From NCBI GenBank assembly GCA_049472355.1, contig JBLIRP010000016.1, positions 1 to 52,403 on the forward strand: DNA of 52,403 nucleotides. The letters are read 5' to 3'. Position numbers and translations under genes: made by a program. Below the pieces are notes generated by a model, which made no database searches, was not told the origin of the DNA, and saw only the letters and a list, made by a program, of their open reading frames with translations. This DNA is from a bacterium (lineage in GTDB: Bacteria; SZUA-182; DTGQ01; JAFGSM01). Positions 49,889 through 52,403 of this stretch are shown in pieces. Positions within the stretch are counted from its first letter, which is position 1, and each line of letters starts with the position of its first letter.

Positions 49889-52300
49889 ATGAACCACGTT
49901 GAAAAAGGGTCTCTGGTTCATTTTTTTCTTATTCTTCCCGTTCTGGTTCTTATCCTGGCCATGCTCATCCCTCCACCCGCTGTCGCATTCATGCCCTTGG
50001 CATATCCGCCCGTCAGGTATGACTATGATCAGGTTTACGGTCAGCCCAGTTTCTCTCCAATGATGGAGGACCCCTTTATGGGTGAGGGCGATATCCTCGT
50101 CGACAATTTCGAATACTGGGATTCGCCTTATAATCATGGCTGGCGGGGGGGATACCCCTGGCCGATTTATTCTGTTGCGCCTTGGACTGACTCACGATTT
50201 ACCGCCACCCTGGACCTGCAGGCACGGAGCAGGGTCCTCGACATGTTTCAGTACGAGTATCACTATCTCCTCTGGTCCCTTATGGATTCCACCTTTGATG
50301 ACTGGCACGACATTGTGTACAGTCTCTTTACCCCGCCGTCCGCTGCGGATACGGACGGGGAAACCGGCATCAGCATGGAGACCAACGCGATTTTCACCTT
50401 CGACTTCAGGGCACCCCTGGGCATGAGGGAGCAGGACATCCCCGAGCTGGACATCATCGGCGAGGGATGCGGCAGGGAGATTACCATCAGGCTCCTCGCC
50501 AAGCGGCCGTGGTGTGATGAATGCATAGTACAGGAGGTGCACACGGCCTCCGGCTCCTACACCATCGCCCCTGTGGTGCGCGCAGCCGATGATAAGGAAT
50601 TGACCATCGACGTGCTGCTCGGCAGGGACATCCTGGACGGCTCCTGGCACACCGTATGGATTGATTGTGCGGACGCGGTGAGGCAGGCGGTGATCCACGA
50701 GCGTCTCGATCCCGATGCATGGTGCATCGAAAGGGCGAATGCGGTCACGATAACGGGCGGACGGAGGTTTCGTCTGGATAACATCGTGTTCCGGGCCTCC
50801 TATGCCACCGGGGGCCTCGAATCCCCGGTGCTCTTCAGGATGGGTCCCCTGTATGCCCAGCTTCTGGAGCACAACAGGTATCTCTTTGTCGCCGACTACA
50901 CCGGAAAAAAGGTCACTGTATTTGACGGGGAAGAGAACCGGGAGATCTCCAGGATCATCGACCTTTGTCTCAATCCCGCCAGCTTCATCTTCGTCGAGGA
51001 CCCCAATGATCCGAGCGACCCGGTGGTCAGCTACTGGACGAAGCTCGGCGCGGACCCCAACCTCTTTGGCGGGAACGATCCCGCCATGGCCGCGCTCTTC
51101 GGCAGGGACCAGTTCATCGTGGACCTCAATCTTCCCATCTTTTCCGACCCGAACCTGCGCATGGGCACCTCCGGGCCCGGTCCCGCGGCCCAGAAACTCA
51201 TCGATCAGGGAAGCCTTGGGTGGTACGCTGACCTGAGCGGGCACAGCGCAGCGGAAACCGACCCGTCCCTGGAGTTCGGCCCCCTTCCCATCGATCCCTA
51301 CGACGGGGTTCCCACCTATCTGCCTGTCCACTACTCGGTGATCCAGACAGTCAAAATGACCGGGAAGCCCTTTTTCAGGCCCGACTTCGTGTTCATCCTG
51401 GAAGGCGCCCTGTGGAATGCCGGAATGACCGTGTGGCCCATGATCGCGGCACTCGATTTCACCCCGCAGTACATCGAGGAACTGATGGTGACCCTGAGGG
51501 TGGCCGGCGGTACCCATTCGGATACGTGCATATTTCCCCTCTCAGTGGTGAACTACGGGGTGGCAAATTACGCCCCGGTGGCACAGGCAGTCGAGGATCA
51601 GATCTTCTATGTGGGGGAAGAGGGGGAGTACCTGGTGAACTTCATCGACCCCGATTGCTTCATCTTCACCATGTCCACGGGAGCCGGGAACAGCCATTCT
51701 CCCGGATTCCCTGTATCCGCGTCCTACAGGACCGACGTGGAGGGATTGTCCTGGAATGACTACCACGGCATGATTTGGCCCTGGTCATGGGTGAACTGTC
51801 CATGGAGCATCGTTCATCCCACAACCGGCCTGATACGCTGGGAGCCGGATTCCGTGGGGATCCGTGACATGCTTGTCACCTGCACCGATGCAAGGGATGA
51901 TCATGGCTTTGTCCAATTCGAGATATTCGTCGATGACCGTGGCACTGGATCGAACCACCCCCCGGAGATCCTCAGGGCGCCCGAAGAGCCGTTGGTGGTC
52001 AGGGTGGGAGAGGGGTGCCTGCTTGGTTATCCCCAGCTTGTCGTCCAGGACCCGGATGATGACGAGCTATATGCATCATGTAACCTCGGCACTTGCAACC
52101 GGATGCCGGACGGCACCTTCGTCTGGGAATGGGGATTTTCGTCCGATTCCCCCGGAAGCTATTTCCTTTCCATGTTACCGGGTACTTACGTCGTGGAGAT
52201 CATCTTCTACGACCTGAAGGGCGGCCGGGCCCGCACGGAGTTTTCCGTCGAGGTGCGGCCCTGGTGGGCGTATACGTCCTGGGGTCAGGTCTTGAATTGA
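49889..52300 (+). CDS. Large secreted acidic protein with jelly-roll-like region and C-terminal Ig/cadherin-like repeats
   Basis: Signal peptide ending AVA; LVDNFEYWDSPYNHGW; DGSWHTVWID..FRLDNIVF; NYAPV..FIDPD and NHPPEI..VQDPDDDEL. Confidence 0.8.
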   Translation: MNHVEKGSLVHFFLILPVLVLILAMLIPPPAVAFMPLAYPPVRYDYDQVYGQPSFSPMMEDPFMGEGDILVDNFEYWDSPYNHGWRGGYPWPIYSVAPWTDSRFTATLDLQARSRVLDMFQYEYHYLLWSLMDSTFDDWHDIVYSLFTPPSAADTDGETGISMETNAIFTFDFRAPLGMREQDIPELDIIGEGCGREITIRLLAKRPWCDECIVQEVHTASGSYTIAPVVRAADDKELTIDVLLGRDILDGSWHTVWIDCADAVRQAVIHERLDPDAWCIERANAVTITGGRRFRLDNIVFRASYATGGLESPVLFRMGPLYAQLLEHNRYLFVADYTGKKVTVFDGEENREISRIIDLCLNPASFIFVEDPNDPSDPVVSYWTKLGADPNLFGGNDPAMAALFGRDQFIVDLNLPIFSDPNLRMGTSGPGPAAQKLIDQGSLGWYADLSGHSAAETDPSLEFGPLPIDPYDGVPTYLPVHYSVIQTVKMTGKPFFRPDFVFILEGALWNAGMTVWPMIAALDFTPQYIEELMVTLRVAGGTHSDTCIFPLSVVNYGVANYAPVAQAVEDQIFYVGEEGEYLVNFIDPDCFIFTMSTGAGNSHSPGFPVSASYRTDVEGLSWNDYHGMIWPWSWVNCPWSIVHPTTGLIRWEPDSVGIRDMLVTCTDARDDHGFVQFEIFVDDRGTGSNHPPEILRAPEEPLVVRVGEGCLLGYPQLVVQDPDDDELYASCNLGTCNRMPDGTFVWEWGFSSDSPGSYFLSMLPGTYVVEIIFYDLKGGRARTEFSVEVRPWWAYTSWGQVLN

Positions 52301-52396
52301 CAGTTTTTTTCCGAAAATAGATTTTTATGCTTCGTGGTGCCACAAGGCGCCAAGAGGGTTTGTTGTGAAAAACTGACAATTCAAGACCTGACCCCA
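52280..52396. mobile_element. 117-bp inverted-repeat-bounded element (MITE/REPIN-like)
   Basis: TGGGGTCAGGTCTTGAATTGACAGTTTTT ... AAAAACTGACAATTCAAGACCTGACCCCA (29-bp IR, one mismatch); overlaps the last codons and stop of the 49889 gene. Confidence 0.85.
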
Positions 52397-52403
52397 TTTT
52401 GTT

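Overview
A ~52 kb stretch of GC-rich bacterial chromosome from a probable anaerobic diderm (outer-membrane phospholipase A, sat, WtpABC, octaheme cytochrome); the lineage cannot be fixed from this window. No rRNA, tRNA, CRISPR array, intact transposase or integrase was seen. Recognisable genes: an M48/TPR peptidase, a CDF-HflK fusion with hflC and hflK, wtpABC, a Fur/PerR-family regulator followed by a NIR/SIR-domain protein, an octaheme HAO-like cytochrome and a thioredoxin-FMN fusion, sat, a long MurQ-like SIS protein, a GT4 glycosyltransferase, csp, GDT1, a LolD/LolE-like ABC pair, trkH/trkA, nth, an ArnT-like transferase, pldA and an FAD oxidoreductase. Most notable: (1) four secreted low-complexity or unassigned proteins, two preceded by sigma-54-type promoter motifs, suggesting an undescribed extracellular structural system; (2) a 1754-aa fusion of two paralogous modules; (3) an integrase-less integron relic (attI-like site, pseudogenised cassette ORF, degenerate attC); (4) several families of small non-autonomous repeats, including a ~133-bp MITE with apparent target duplications and one element that supplies a gene's stop codon. 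Family assignments come from motif recognition by eye, not database searches.
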